Below, one piece after another: positions 12,679-25,859 of a stretch of 64,000 nt of DNA. Positions within the stretch are counted from its first letter, which is position 1; each line of letters opens with the position of its first letter. The DNA is from Parasitella parasitica NRRL 2501. Taxonomy: Eukaryota > Fungi > Mucoromycota. The DNA is taken from the NCBI GenBank assembly GCA_025201805.1, contig MU619271.1, positions 1,169-65,168 of the forward strand, in the 5' to 3' direction. The notes beneath the pieces were generated by a model. That model saw only the letters and a program-made list of their open reading frames with translations, was not told where the DNA came from and ran no database searches. The position numbers and the translations under genes were made by a program.

Positions 12679-13189
12679 TTTAAATAATGTGAATTGCAGA
12701 GTGTATGAGAAAACCGGAAACAAACAGACCAAGAAAAGTTCAAATTTTTTATATGGGGAGTCCAGGACGCACGATGAATTCTTTGTTCTCGGTTTTTGGA
12801 GAGGACATGATTTGAATTTCGTTTAGTTTTACTAAACATCAGAATATCATGATCTGAGGTTTTGCTTTCTCCTATTTTGTATTCTATCATCATCATCGTC
12901 ATCATAATCATTGAACGCACAATGTAGGGTGTTTATGATTGATGAGACATTCATTCAGGTATGATGAGAATCCAATCAGCCGTGTATCCAAGAGTGATAA
13001 AACGTGAGCTACCGTACAAAACTTTCCACAGCATTTAGCTCTGCCAAAATTGTTCCTGTAATCCAAAAGGCCAATCATCTGAGTGTACTCTGTAACTGAA
13101 ACGCGTGTCAAGCACGATCAGATTCCAAGCCGCAGATTAATAATAATGTGTAGTTTTTTCCTTGTATTAACCAGCAACAAAACCACACA

Positions 13190-15831
13190 ATGGGAAGCCC
13201 TAGGAAAAAAGAAATCTATGCAAGTCCCACTGCAATCTTATCTTCTCTTCGAAGAAGCAAACGAAATTGCAGCAGAGACACAGAAGAAGTCTCTGACGAC
13301 GAAGTCCAATTGTGCCAAGTTCGCTCTGCTGAGGGATCTCCTGAACGACATACAGCCCAACGTACCCATGCGTCAAGAATGTACCATCAATCGCCACAGC
13401 GTCTGTCTTCCTCGTCCAGAATTCCCTCAGATTCATGGCAAGACGCTTCAGCAAAACCGCTTGTGCCTCAAACACCTAATCAGGTCGCCGTATCCAAGAC
13501 GAAGGATAACGAGATTACCCAAGCTCCAGAGACAACCATATCGCTTGGAAAACGTAAAACCGACGAATCCTTGGATGCAAACGACCAAACAAGAGCACCA
13601 AATCAATCACAGGATTCTCAGGAAGCACGCAATGCCTACTTGACGAAAAAACTGCAGCTGCAGTCTTCTCAGCAGATTTCAGCTTCGTCCTCAAGACTTC
13701 CCTCTGATTCATGGCAAGATGCTTCTACTGAACCTCTGGCCCCTCCAGACAGTGCGCATCGAGATAGTTTTCCACTTTCCAAGCCTAGCGACTCACCAGC
13801 TGCCTCGAGAAAGCGTAAAGCGAATGTGCCCGTGGATTTAGACGCACTCACGAAAGCATTGCGTCGAACAAAAGAAAACGTAAGTATGATGCTCTTCTTG
13901 GAATCTTACAAAAAAAAAACTGGATTTGATGATTTGTCTTTGTTTAGGCATCTATTGCATCACAGGCTAAAACTAACGATAGCTTTGCTGAAAAGAAGGG
14001 CGCTGGAAATCAGCAAACAACCAAAGCGGTCGAAAGCAGCCAAGAGCAAAAGCAGCCTATTTCTGGCAAAGCAACAGAACCAGAAAAGAGTATGGATCCA
14101 CCAAATGAGCAGGGGGACACAAGACCCACTAAAGAAGAGGAAGAAGCTCGTATCGTCAAAGAGATCGATCATATTATGAAAACTGTCAAATGCCTACCCA
14201 ATTACTACAAATTGGTCGATAAAATTGGCGAGGGCACATTCAGTACAGTGTATAAAGCTCAAGATATCCGTAGAGATTACTATGACAACAATGAGTGGGA
14301 GCCTCAATTGCTTGAGAGTACTCAAAACTCATACGTCTCTCCATGTGCTACGCCTACCCGACCAACAGCATCAGCAGAGACAACATATCAAGACAAAGGT
14401 AAAAGCAGCCAGTCTCCACCATCGTCCCCTAAAGATTTGAGCGAATTTGTTGCTCTCAAGAGAGTTTACGATACCAGTAGCCCCCGAAGAATTGCCAACG
14501 AAATCAAAATCCTCAGGAAGCTCAAAGGTAGCAAATGTATTTCCCCAATGATCACTGCATTTAGGCAGCAAGACCAGGTCTTTGTTGTAATGCCCTATAT
14601 TCAGCATGATGAATTCAAGCCATCATTCCATAAAATGGAAATAATCGATATCAAATACTACATGAAGTCGTTGTTTACAGCTTTACAACAACTTCACAAT
14701 TTCAAAATACTGCATCGTGATGTAAAGCCCAATAATTTTCTGTACAATATCCGTAAAAGAGCAGGCTATCTTATTGATTTTGGATTAGCAGAGGTAAAAA
14801 AAAAAAGAAAAAAAAGAAAACAAAAGTGTTGCTTGTTCTATACATTCATACCTTTAGCACTTAGAGCGAAGACGACGTCAAGCAGCTGGAAATGTATGTC
14901 GAAAAAGCAACCAAGGCGTCAAAATTTAGCGTTTACGCTCAAGCACATCATCAGAACAGCAGCATCACCAATGCTGCCAACAGCAATAGCATTAATAGCA
15001 AATCTATCGCCAAAATGGCAAGCTCCAATTCGGTGCTAGCAGCCCTTACAAACAAAGAAAATCGTGCTGGATTACCACCTACTACTTCCGCTTCCGTATC
15101 CTCGTCCGCATCTGCATCTGCATCCGCATCCGCATCCGCATCCGCATCCGCATCATCATCAGCAGCAGCACCTACAACACCCAATACTGGGCCACCAGGT
15201 TCTACAACGAGCAGACAATCAAACAGGATTATCAAAGGTTACATTAAAAATGATCCCAGATTATCAATTAGGGCAAATCGTGCAGGCACTCGTGGCTTTA
15301 GAGCTCCTGAGATTCTAATGAGAGTAACCCATCAGACATGCGGTAAGACTAGATGCAGGCTTTTATGGCTATTTTTTTTTTTTTTTTTTGGTATCTCACA
15401 AAAGACAAACATAGCTATTGATATTTGGGCTGCGGGTGTCATTTTATTGTGTTTTCTTACCAACACATATCCATTCTTCTTGTCGAATGATGAAGCTGAT
15501 GCACTTGTAGAATTAGGGCAGATATACGGATTAGAAAAATTGCAAGAGTGCGCTCGTACCAACAGTAAGTGTAGTAGTCTCTGATTTGTTCAACAACGTT
15601 GATTTTTTTTTTCTTTCAGATCGCCATTTTGAGACAAATGTCAATATACCGAAAACAAAATTACCTTGGACTACACTGATAGAAATACTAAACAAAGAGA
15701 AAGTTCAAACATGGAGCCGACGAGACTATGATGCAGCTGTGGATTTATTGAGAAGATCGTTAGAATTAGATCCAAACAAACGAATCACGGCAGAAGAGGC
15801 TTTGAAAATGGATTTTCTTCAGGTAGATTAG
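13190..15831 (+). CDS. CDC7: Cdc7/Hsk1 (DDK) serine/threonine kinase with a long low-complexity N-terminus, multi-exon
   Basis: KIGEGTFSTVYKA, VALKRVYDTSSPRRIANEI, HRDVKPNNFL, DFGLA, RANRAGTRGFRAPE, IDIWAAGVILL, RITAEEAL, with the Cdc7-type kinase inserts. Confidence 0.93.
15105..15152 (+). repeat. (GCATCC/GCATCT)n hexanucleotide repeat encoding poly-(Ala-Ser) in a Cdc7 kinase insert
   Basis: Directly visible tandem repeat; translates as SASASASASASASASA. Confidence 0.9.
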
Positions 15832-15855
15832 AGTAGCTACCTTCGCCTTCCTACC

Positions 15856-15856
<1 letters not shown>

Positions 15857-15923
<67 letters not shown>
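15857..15923 (+). repeat. Long poly(A) tract
   Basis: About 66 consecutive A just after the CDC7 stop. Similar tracts occur at 12237-12291 and in many introns. Confidence 0.9.
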
Positions 15924-15924
<1 letters not shown>

Positions 15925-16230
15925 AGGTTAAACGTTGTAAATAAAGTGTATATAAATACTATTCTATAATATAGAAATTGACTTGGCGGATTTCCGGTAT
16001 TGATATTATACCATAGCCATGATGCACGGATATAGCAAACTTTAATAGCGCAGAGATGTGCACTAGTAAAGATTTCAAATTAAAGATAATTATACATCTT
16101 GTTTATCAGATAATATGACAGAATATTAGTATTTAAAATTATTAAAGATTATTAAAGATTAACAGAATAATAGGGATGGTGCAAGTTAAGATAATATGTG
16201 ATTAAAGTGATTCTTGATCTAGTGGATAAT

Positions 16231-17398
16231 TCACATGTCTTTTCTGGGTGGTAATGGTGGGGGTATATCATCGTCAGTGTTGATCGATGCTTCTTCAATA
16301 CGAGATAACTCTACAGCAGGCTTCTTAATGCCATCTCCTTCTTCAATGCTTTGTTGCTGATGGCACTGCAGGTGTCGATTCAATATGGCACTGGATCGGG
16401 TAATAGAAGATTGTCCACGAGCTGTATTTTTCATGTTTATGTAAGCAATTGCATTATCGTTTACAATCGAGCCCATGCCAACCAAATCTGCTAAAGAAAG
16501 CCCTGTTTCTGGATCAACGATACCGGTATCAGCGCCGTTTTGAAGCAGAAACTCTGCCATGGGAAAGACAATCTTTCTAGGTGATATACTTGACGATGCA
16601 GCATTCGAAGCAGAGGGGATAGCCGATGAGGATGATGCGATAGAAGATTCATCACCACCGGCTTCTGCAGTATGGTTGGTTTTCGGACTAGAGCTGCTGT
16701 GCGTAACAGTAGGCGACGTATAGAATAATTCATCATTTGTTGCTTCACGTCCATGAAGTAGAGCATAATGCAACGCATAGCGCACAATCAAATGATCATG
16801 TCTATTTTCTCCATCCCCTTCAGATCCATTTACCTTGAGTTTCTGGGAAGATGCGTCATCCAAGTCTGCCAAAAATGGCATAAAAATATCTCCAGAATGC
16901 TGATTGTGGTGTTGCTGGTGCAAAGGTAAAAGAAGAGAGATACGTGGCGATTTAGTTGAGTTTGGACGAGAGGAATTTACATTTCCCCCAGAAGCAAGAG
17001 CAAACAAGGCCTTGGGGATGTCGTCATGATCGATGGCTTCGAATAGTAATTCATCGGCTGTAGTTGGGCAATCTTTGTCGAAAGGTTTGCTTACGAACTG
17101 ACGACCGACGTATTTAGCTTGAATGTAGGCCAGCTTGACAGCACGAGAATCTTTTGGGCTGGGTCTCGGTGTATTAGCCGTTGTTGCAGTTGCAGTTGCA
17201 GTAGTAGCAGACTCATTTTCAATTCGTGCATCCCATACGGCGTTTGCTCGGGCATTGCCAATTGACTTCAGCAGTTCCACAATGTCCGCAGTATACGAGT
17301 TACTGTCCAACGTCAAAGAACGTATTTTTGATATATGCGTCCCTAGGCTACGATGTATGCCAGAACACTCTGGATTGGCAATGCATTAGTGTATAGAC

Positions 17399-17440
<42 letters not shown>

Positions 17441-19393
17441 TATGGAAGCAAACCCTTACCTATACATAACAATACCCCTAAATTTAAGGAGCACCAGTCA
17501 GGGTTTTCGGCATGACAGTCAACGCAGTAATGATTCGAAGCATCTTCCCGTAAAATCGACAGCAATCTTGCATTAGCTTCAGAATCAGGAAGTGATGCGA
17601 ATACATAGTTTCCGTTGTTGTTATTGCTTTGCTGGAGGGTGGACAGTTTATTAGTGCCATTATTCTTGTCATGATGGCTTCCAAAGCTGAACCCAGACCA
17701 TCTAAATCTGTCACTGGGACTCGATGATGCTGACACCAGTAATTCAGCACCCTCCGATGGAGTATTTGCATCCGCAGCAGCATTGTTGGTTGCAACGCCT
17801 GTCTGTTTTTTCGATGCTGTTGAATGACTTGGCGAAGTAATCACTGTTTGATTTGTGGATCCAGAAGCAGCAGCAGCTACTGCAGCTAGTCCGTTTTTAA
17901 GAGCACCGCTCAAGGTCCTTCCATGTCGTTTGTTGGTGGCAATGGGAGCAGCAGCTGGCGCTTTTGAACTTTGATCCAACAAATTAGCAGAGGAGATGCT
18001 TCTTCCACTCAGGACGCTCTCAATCGAGTTATGTATTGTTCCAATCCAGCTTTGAGCCTCCTCTTCTGATGTTGCTTGATAGATACGTCGCATATGAGGT
18101 GTGATGACTTCAAAACAGAACCGACGCTCTGCATTGCGAGCCTCACGAACAGTAGCGAATCGCAGGTTGATGGGGTCGATATGTGGCTCCAACTGCCGTT
18201 TCCAATTTGAGTATTCGTGTAGCTGGCCACCACTCAACACACACCAATATCTAGCGACGAAAACAAATACACACACACACACACACATATTAGCGCATGT
18301 CATCAACAGTACGGCTATTAGTACATTACTTGTGCCATGTAACTGACGAGCCTGTGACATCAAATCCGCCTGTACTCTTGAATGGTTTCGATGTGGCAAA
18401 CAGAAAGCCCTCTTTTTTGCGTCCTAAAACCTGATCTCTCTGATCCATGTCTCGAACACCTTTGAATAAGCCTTGCTCACTGCTGCCAAAGTTCAGTTCG
18501 GGTATAGTCGGTGGGATTGTGCTAATAAGGTCGCTGTTCTCTTCTGTCTGATTCTGCTGTTGGTCCACGTTGTCAATGTTACACAGCAATTCTTTTCGTT
18601 TAACAGCTCTTTCTTTTGTTGTCAGCTCCTGTTCTAATGAGTTTGCAGTCATGAGCGCTACCAAATCGTCCAGTCCAGGCTTCTCGGGCTCGATTTTGTT
18701 TGCTATGGATTCGTAGTAGTTGAAATCTCGGATGGTGTGGTCTGTAACACAAAACAAAATTTCATTTTCCTTTTTACCCCCATGAACATCCAGCAGGAAT
18801 CCCAAGTAATCGAATCTTGCAAGGTCAAATCGACATTTTCGCTGATCCTGTCTCCTTTGCTCTTCTTTGGTCGTTTTTTTTTTGCTTTTGAGATACTTTG
18901 CAAGCGAAGCATAGTATTCCTTGCTCTCCTCTTCAAATTGCCGCTTTTTCAATTCAGCAGTTTTAATGTCTTGGTCGTAGATCAGCTTCAACGGTGCCAG
19001 TATTTGGCTGTACAGCGATTGATCTAGCCGAGTACGCTCATGTTGAATAATGCCGCACACATTATTCAGGTAATGACTCATCAATGGCTCCACGCATTGC
19101 ATATCCCGCAGAGCATCATAGTAACATTCGTCTGCTTGAGACAATTGACGACGGCTATCCAATGCGTTTGTTGCAGCTTTGATGATCTTCTTTAGTGATT
19201 GCTTCAGTGTGGATGTCCGGTCTTCCAGATTTTTGACTGTAGCCCGAAACAATGGCCCATCCTCCAAATAAGCGTCGTCCATGAATGATCTCTTTGAGAT
19301 ACATGTTGGTAGATGTGGTGTGGTTTCGGCTAATGTGGCTATGATTTCGTCGGACAAGCTTTTTCCGTACAATGCATCCTCATCGCTAGACAT
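16231..19393 (-). CDS. ACAP/centaurin-beta-type ArfGAP (BAR-PH-ArfGAP-ankyrin), 3 exons
   Basis: EDGPLFRATV BAR start, RKKEGFL...WHKYWCVL...RRFCFEVITP PH domain, CVDC-x16-C..C zinc finger (WCSLNLGVLLCI|ECSGIHRSLGTHISKIRSLTLD), and ankyrin-like EFLLQNGAD. Confidence 0.92.
17399..17438 (+). repeat. (GCA)n trinucleotide microsatellite in an intron
   Basis: About 13 tandem AGC/GCA units. Confidence 0.9.
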
Positions 19394-19645
19394 TTTTTAA
19401 TTTAAAAAAAAAAATAAAAAATAAAAAAAGAAGAGAGGAAAAAGGAAAGAGGGGGGGGGGTTTAATGTAGAAGAACCCCAATCAAGCAAGTGAAAAAATG
19501 CGCCGTGACACACATTTCCAATGTCTGTTGTGCTGGTTTCCTATAGTCGAAGCAGTTCATCATTCGAGCCATCTTTGTTGGCCAAGATTTACACAGTCCT
19601 TCTCACCTGCATTTACTCTTGATTTGAGATATAGTCGCTGCAGCA

Positions 19646-19677
<32 letters not shown>

Positions 19678-20320
19678 CTTGCAACAATCACCACTTGAAA
19701 AATGTAGCGGCAAAAAAAAAAGACTTTGATTATGATCTATGCAAAAAGCATCTCATTTCGTGGATAGCTGGAGCAACTGATTGCACGTTACATTGGGCGG
19801 TGATAAATTTCCGCCATCCTATCGCTTAGAGCAATGTACAAGTACAGGTACAGGATTGCTATGCAAAAATCCTCCTGTTCAAGATCTATAATCATTATTT
19901 TTCTATTTAGAGAAAGCTTCAACCCTTCAACCTGATGAATACTACATGCTTTATTAACAAAATTGGAATGCACATCAACCCTTTCTGATTGGCTTGGGTA
20001 TTCAATGACGTAGGATTCCCTTCATGTAGTTTATGTAACATTCGAGTAAATGTCATCATCAGCAGCTTTTCATCCATCATTCCTGCCCAAGAACACTCAA
20101 GTAGCAGTGAATTATTTGGCATTTCGGGGTCAACCACAGGTAATCTCTAGCATAAATAGTTGTCAATTGAACCTGCTCATCTGTCAACGCGACAGGACAT
20201 TTAGCAACAAAAGCGGCCATTCAAAGCTATCGCAATCCTTCTTTTTGCATCCAAAAGAGAAAACTTTTTCAACATCAAGCAAATTTCTGCTGTTATTTTT
20301 TTTTTTTTTTTTTTTTTTTT

Positions 20321-20460
20321 NNNNNNNNNNNNNNNNNNNNNNNNNNNNNNNNNNNNNNNNNNNNNNNNNNNNNNNNNNNNNNNNNNNNNNNNNNNNNNNN
20401 NNNNNNNNNNNNNNNNNNNNNNNNNNNNNNNNNNNNNNNNNNNNNNNNNNNNNNNNNNNN
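20321..20460. other. Assembly gap (N run)
   Basis: N characters flanked by T-tracts. Confidence 1.
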
Positions 20461-20570
20461 TTTTTTTGCTCTGCTACGAAATAATTCCCTTCTAAAATTC
20501 TCAACCAAACAGCACTGAATCTACACCACCACCGTCTCCACCTTCCGAACAACCACAGCAAACCGCTATA

Positions 20571-23145
20571 ATGACACCAGCGGAAAGAAATTGGTGTTTG
20601 CAAACTATCAAATCACTGCGAAAACACAAAAGAGCTATTGCGTTTCTGGAGCCTGTGGACCCAATCGTGTTCAAAATTCCAGACTATTTCGACATTATCA
20701 AATCACCAATGGACCTTGGCACTATCGACAAGAAATTGAAAGCAGAGCAGTATCCGACGCTTGCTGCCTTCAAAGCTGACGTACAGCTTGTATTTGATAA
20801 CTGCTTTCTTTACAACAATGCGGGAGACCCTGTTACTCAGGACGCTAAAAAGCTAGAGGAACACTACAAAAAATTGTGCAAGAAAGAGCCCTCTCTTGCT
20901 CATGCTACAGAAGCACCAAAAAAGATAGTAATCTCTGCACCGAAACCCACTACATACATTGACAATGTTAGTTTTTTAATTCTTTTTTTTTTCTTGTGCG
21001 CTTACATCTTGCGCTAATGGCTGTATTGACAAATTATTTAGACATTTTCGTCAGAACAGTTTCCAACGCAACAACCACAGCAAGATTATTCGTCAACACC
21101 TTCTACAGCTTTGGATGTCGATACAAGCAGCAGCAGCAGCAGCAGCAGCAGCATGATCCCTGATCAACAGACACCGAAACCGCGAATAAAGGTCAAATTG
21201 CCTGTACAGCCTGATCTATATAACGAGACACCTAAATCGGCTACGACTATGACTACGACTACGACTACGACGACAGCGACAGCGACGGCCCCAATTACTG
21301 CACCAGCCAAGTCACCAAGCACCGATTCAACATCTTTGGCAGTCAGGAATACCCATCATGGTAGAATGGAAGCGATGCCTGAAGACCAATTTAAGCGCTG
21401 CGAAGCTATTGTTCATGAGTTGAAGAAACCAAAGTACAAGGGGTTTTATTGGCCATTCCTTAATCCTGTAGATGCGGATGCGTGGGGTGCCTCAGATTAT
21501 TATGAAATCATCAAACAGCCCATGGATATGACGACTTACGAGCGAAAATTATACGAATACGAGTATTCAAATGAAGAGGAACTAGCACAAGACATTCGAC
21601 TCATGTTTCGAAATTGTTATTTTTACAATCCACCGAACCATCTTGTTCACGGCCTCGGTAAAGAGTTTGAAGAAATATTCGAGAAGCAATGGGCAAAATT
21701 ACATAGTAACAACAAGAAATCCTCTAAAAGCCATTCATCAAAACGACGACGTACTTCGCACACTGTAGATACACCCACTTTAAATAATACTCCTCCATCC
21801 ACTGTACAACAACCGCAACCACAAACACAATCTCTGCAAACTACTACTACCAGCTTCTCAGAATCATCGTTACTCAAAAGTGATAATTCATTATCTGACA
21901 TAAAAATCAATACTAATAATAACAACCAAGGTCGATCCACCATTTTGCGTTTGAAGCTGAATGGCCCCACTGTCAAAAAAGAAGAGCAGCCAAAGGTGAG
22001 ATAATAAGAACGAACGTAACTGGGCATTTATACTAATGTGTAATCAAGCCCAAGCCAATTGTCAAGGTTCCTGGGTTAGCTCTTTCGAAAGAACCTCCGT
22101 CCTCAGCAGCCATTACGTCGGTTGCTAATGGTCCAAAATTGGCTATTGGGGTAAAGCCTCCGTCGCCTGTTAAAGAAAAAAAACCAGAGAAATCTGTAAG
22201 TACTACCAGAGTCTTGATTCACATGTATTGACAGCGGACTAGACACCTATTGTTTTACAAAATCATGACAAGTGGCTCGCACTGGCTAAAAAATCCCCTA
22301 CAGAAGCTGCCACCGCACCAGCAGCACCTGTAGCAAAAGCAGCCACTCAACACAAACCAACTTTACAGCAAACACACCATACCAATTACAATAAAAAACC
22401 AAAAGAGATCATTTCCCCTAGTGCTTCGACGCCAAATTTACACCATTCGCCTCCGCCACAGCCGCCACAAGCACCAAAAGCACAACCGTTCGATATCAAT
22501 GTTTTGTATAATCAAATTCATAACGAAAAAAAGTTGAAAGAACAACAAGTAAAAATCTTGGCGAATCCGAATAAACTGCCAAGGCACTGATTTCTTTTTT
22601 TTTTCTTTTTTTTTTTTTGATAGAAACGAGAGGAGCAAGATAGGTGGGAAAAGAATGAAAAGATCAGATTAGAAAAGGAAAAAATCGCAACTGAGATCCG
22701 TCTTGGCAAATTAAGAGAACTCAACCAACAATCACAAATGCAAAGACAACAGGACAAAAAGGACAGATATCGTGAATTGGTAAGTGAGATAATTCTGTTT
22801 TTTTTTGTTTTTTGTTTTTAAGAAAAAAGTGTCTCGGGCTGAACTATTCGAAAGAATTCCCAAAGAATTGATATCAGCAAACAAAAGATGATGTTTGCCA
22901 AGTTTGAATCCTCATTCTTGGTCCGAGATCAAGATTGGAGGGAAGTCTTTACCTGGCAGCGAGACACAAATGATTATCGTCATATACCTGTTCCTGGCTT
23001 TGTGAAAAGAGCACCTATCAAAATACCAGAACTACGCAGACGGTTATTGAGCAAGTGTGCTCGGTTGGAAAACTCAAAGAGTAATGATCACAGCCCTGAA
23101 ACTGTTAATGGAGACGGCGAATTGTCTGATATGGATGTAGATTAG
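20571..23145 (+). CDS. Double-bromodomain (BET-like) protein with a BRD4-like C-terminus, multi-exon
   Basis: BD1 (FLEPVDP...IPDYFDIIKSPMDLGTI...NCFLYN) and BD2 (WPFLNPVDA...DYYEIIKQPMDM...MFRNCYFYNPP). The spliced C-terminus is coiled-coil followed by IDISKQKMMFAKFE. Confidence 0.88.
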
Positions 23146-23339
23146 TTGTGAGTTTTTTTTTACAGAGAGAGAAAATAAATTAAAATCTTTTTTTTTGTCG
23201 TAATAATTCCAATATAATGACGATCCATTTATTAATATGGGTAAGCCAAGTAAAGATGATAATAAAAGTAATACAGTATCAAAATGTTGGTTACAGTTAA
23301 TATATACTTACAAGGACGACACGATGTGGGCATTATGTA

Positions 23340-24690
23340 TACCAACTACATTTTTGGACATCGTGGCCTCAGCCATGAAGCCTGAACATCTTGACAAGAC
23401 ATTAAATCATTTGGGAGATCAATGCCTAACTGGGAGCACCATGAAGCTGCTTTAACCGATGGTTCGGGGAGAAATGGCTCAAGATCCCAAAGTGATAAAA
23501 TCAATGTATGCACATCCAGTCCGAAATATCTCGTCAGGGAAGTATCAATGTTATCTTTAGATAAATTCAAATACTTGAGTAGTCAGAAGGAAATAGCAAC
23601 ACGTCAGTTTAAAATACTTTGCCACATTGACTGTTGTTGTCACTCGAGCTGTATACAGTTGATTTGACAAGAGTTTTTCATTGTGATTGTGCCATTGTTC
23701 TGAGGAAGCTTAAAATTACTCCATAATCACTTTTCTCTTAATTTAGTATACTCTAACACTGCAAAATCTATAAATGAATGCTATATTATTTTGCCAGCCC
23801 CTTCAAATGATCTCTTGGCAGACCATCGTTATTATCTGAAGCCAAAGGAGATGGTTTAGAAACGTATTTCCCAACACTGATACCCGAGCCGATAGAAGCA
23901 CACCCCCCAATCCACCAGCACTAATAAGAGAATGCATAGTCTGCTGTAGTATGCTGCCCCCCCCCAAGGATCCCGCATCTTCTTCGTTGATGGTCCAGGT
24001 AGTACTGGAAAGACATTTGTGTTTAATGTACTCCTTGGTCGTGATAGACGAGAAGGTGATTTTGCGATTATTGCTATGGCCTTAAGTGAAACTGCTGCAT
24101 TGTTGCTCAAAGGCGGACGTACTGCTCGCTCTACCTTTAAGATACCTTTAGAGTTCACCAACGGTAGCGTGTACGACATTTCGCCCCGCTCTGACTAGCA
24201 CCATTTAATCCAAAGAGCAAAAATTATTGCTTGAGATGAAATGCTCAATGATCAGCAAGGACTTTATAGCAACAGTTGGTCGCTCATTTCGCGAGTGCTT
24301 GAACAAAGCCAGCTTTTGGCCAGTGGTAGTCTCAATGCAATTGCGTACAAACATGAGCGTTTGACAGGCCCTTCGGACTGACAATTCAGGTCTTGCTAAT
24401 GAACTTCAACAAGTTGCTGATTATCGACTTCAGGTTGGTCAAGGTACTGTTTCTACAGTTACTCTGCCCCAGAGGCATATCTTCAGATATTATCCAAATT
24501 CTCGAGGAGATGCTCATAGCTGGAGATAATTTGATTAATTTGATAAGAAGCATATCCTTTGATATTGCCACTGCGGCCAACAGTCTTGATTACTTTGCTG
24601 GGAGGGCTATCTTGACTGGGGAAAAAAAAAACCAGAGATGTCAAGGTGATAAACAATATGCTCTTGGAGTGCATTGAAGGGCGCGAAATT
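23340..24690 (+). mobile_element. Helitron-type PIF1 helicase remnant (pseudogenized)
   Basis: The plus strand from ~23977 reads IFFVDGPGSTGKTFVFNVLL...SETAALLLKGGRTARSTFKIPL, then KIIA*DE, ADYRLQVGQG and YFAGRAILT. These are Helitron helicase motifs with stops and frameshifts. Confidence 0.85.
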
Positions 24691-25859
24691 TAGTCAAGGG
24701 TACATTTACCGTAACGAAGAGAAGGCGAAAATCGAACGTGGCGGTGTGATACAGCTCGTAGGTCTTTAAGAAAATGGTCAAAAATGAGGTATCGTAAAAG
24801 TTTAACTGCCCAAGATAAATTAGCTGTTTCGGGACAAAAGTTTCCAGCCAAGAATTTCCATAGGTTTGACTTCATCGGCACCCAACTAATGCCATGGTGG
24901 AAGTGCTAGTTTTGCATTTGGCAACAACGCCAAGGATGCATTTGAATCCATTATTTTCGTATTTGTAACTGTAAGCAAGGTCTTTTTCATGGCAATTCTT
25001 AAGAGTGCTAATGCGGGTCGACACTCAGCATTCATTCGACTCTGGAGATCATTTTACTTTGAACATATACCAAAAATCTCCAAGATTCTAGCGGTAGATG
25101 GATGTTCCACAACAACTCTATGTTGGAGCTAAAAGATGAGCTGCAGCGGTTAAAGATCACATACGCCAAACCAAGAAGGAAAGATACCGATTGTGACAAC
25201 GAGGAGATTGATGACACTGACTTCAAGTACAATGACCCAAAGCTGAACAAATGGAATAAAATGTACAACTCAACTTCCAAATATCAAAACTATACTGGGT
25301 CTGTTGTATCCATGAGCCATCTCAACTTTCTGATCAAGATGCAACTGATGTAGGCGCTGCTGCTGGTGCCGCTGCCACTGTTGCGTTTACCACTGCAGCA
25401 ATTTAGATTAATATATACGGTACTTTGGTGACGCCTTTCTTGCACATGTACCTACAAACAAAATTTGAGGGATCAAAACTATACAAATGGAATACAAAAC
25501 TATCTCTTTAACAGATAAAACATTTGACCAAAGGTAAAACATGATGTCTCTTTTGTGATGTTCCCGTAACATGTTCAGATATACATGTATACGAATAGAA
25601 TAGAGTCTTTTGGATAAATGATATATCAGCCATTGATGTTTATTTTCAACGCAGCGTGAGAGTGCAATTTGGGGTTGATTCAAATCTGCGTTCATTACAG
25701 AATTGTCTGGATTTCCCAACATGTGCCATCACCGTCTTATTTTCAAAAAGCACACGTTCGATATACTCATTCAAAAAAGGGGCCCAAATACATTAAAAAT
25801 CGAAACAATGAGGTTAAAAGAATATCACTGCCAAAATATAATTTATTTGCAAGAGACGT

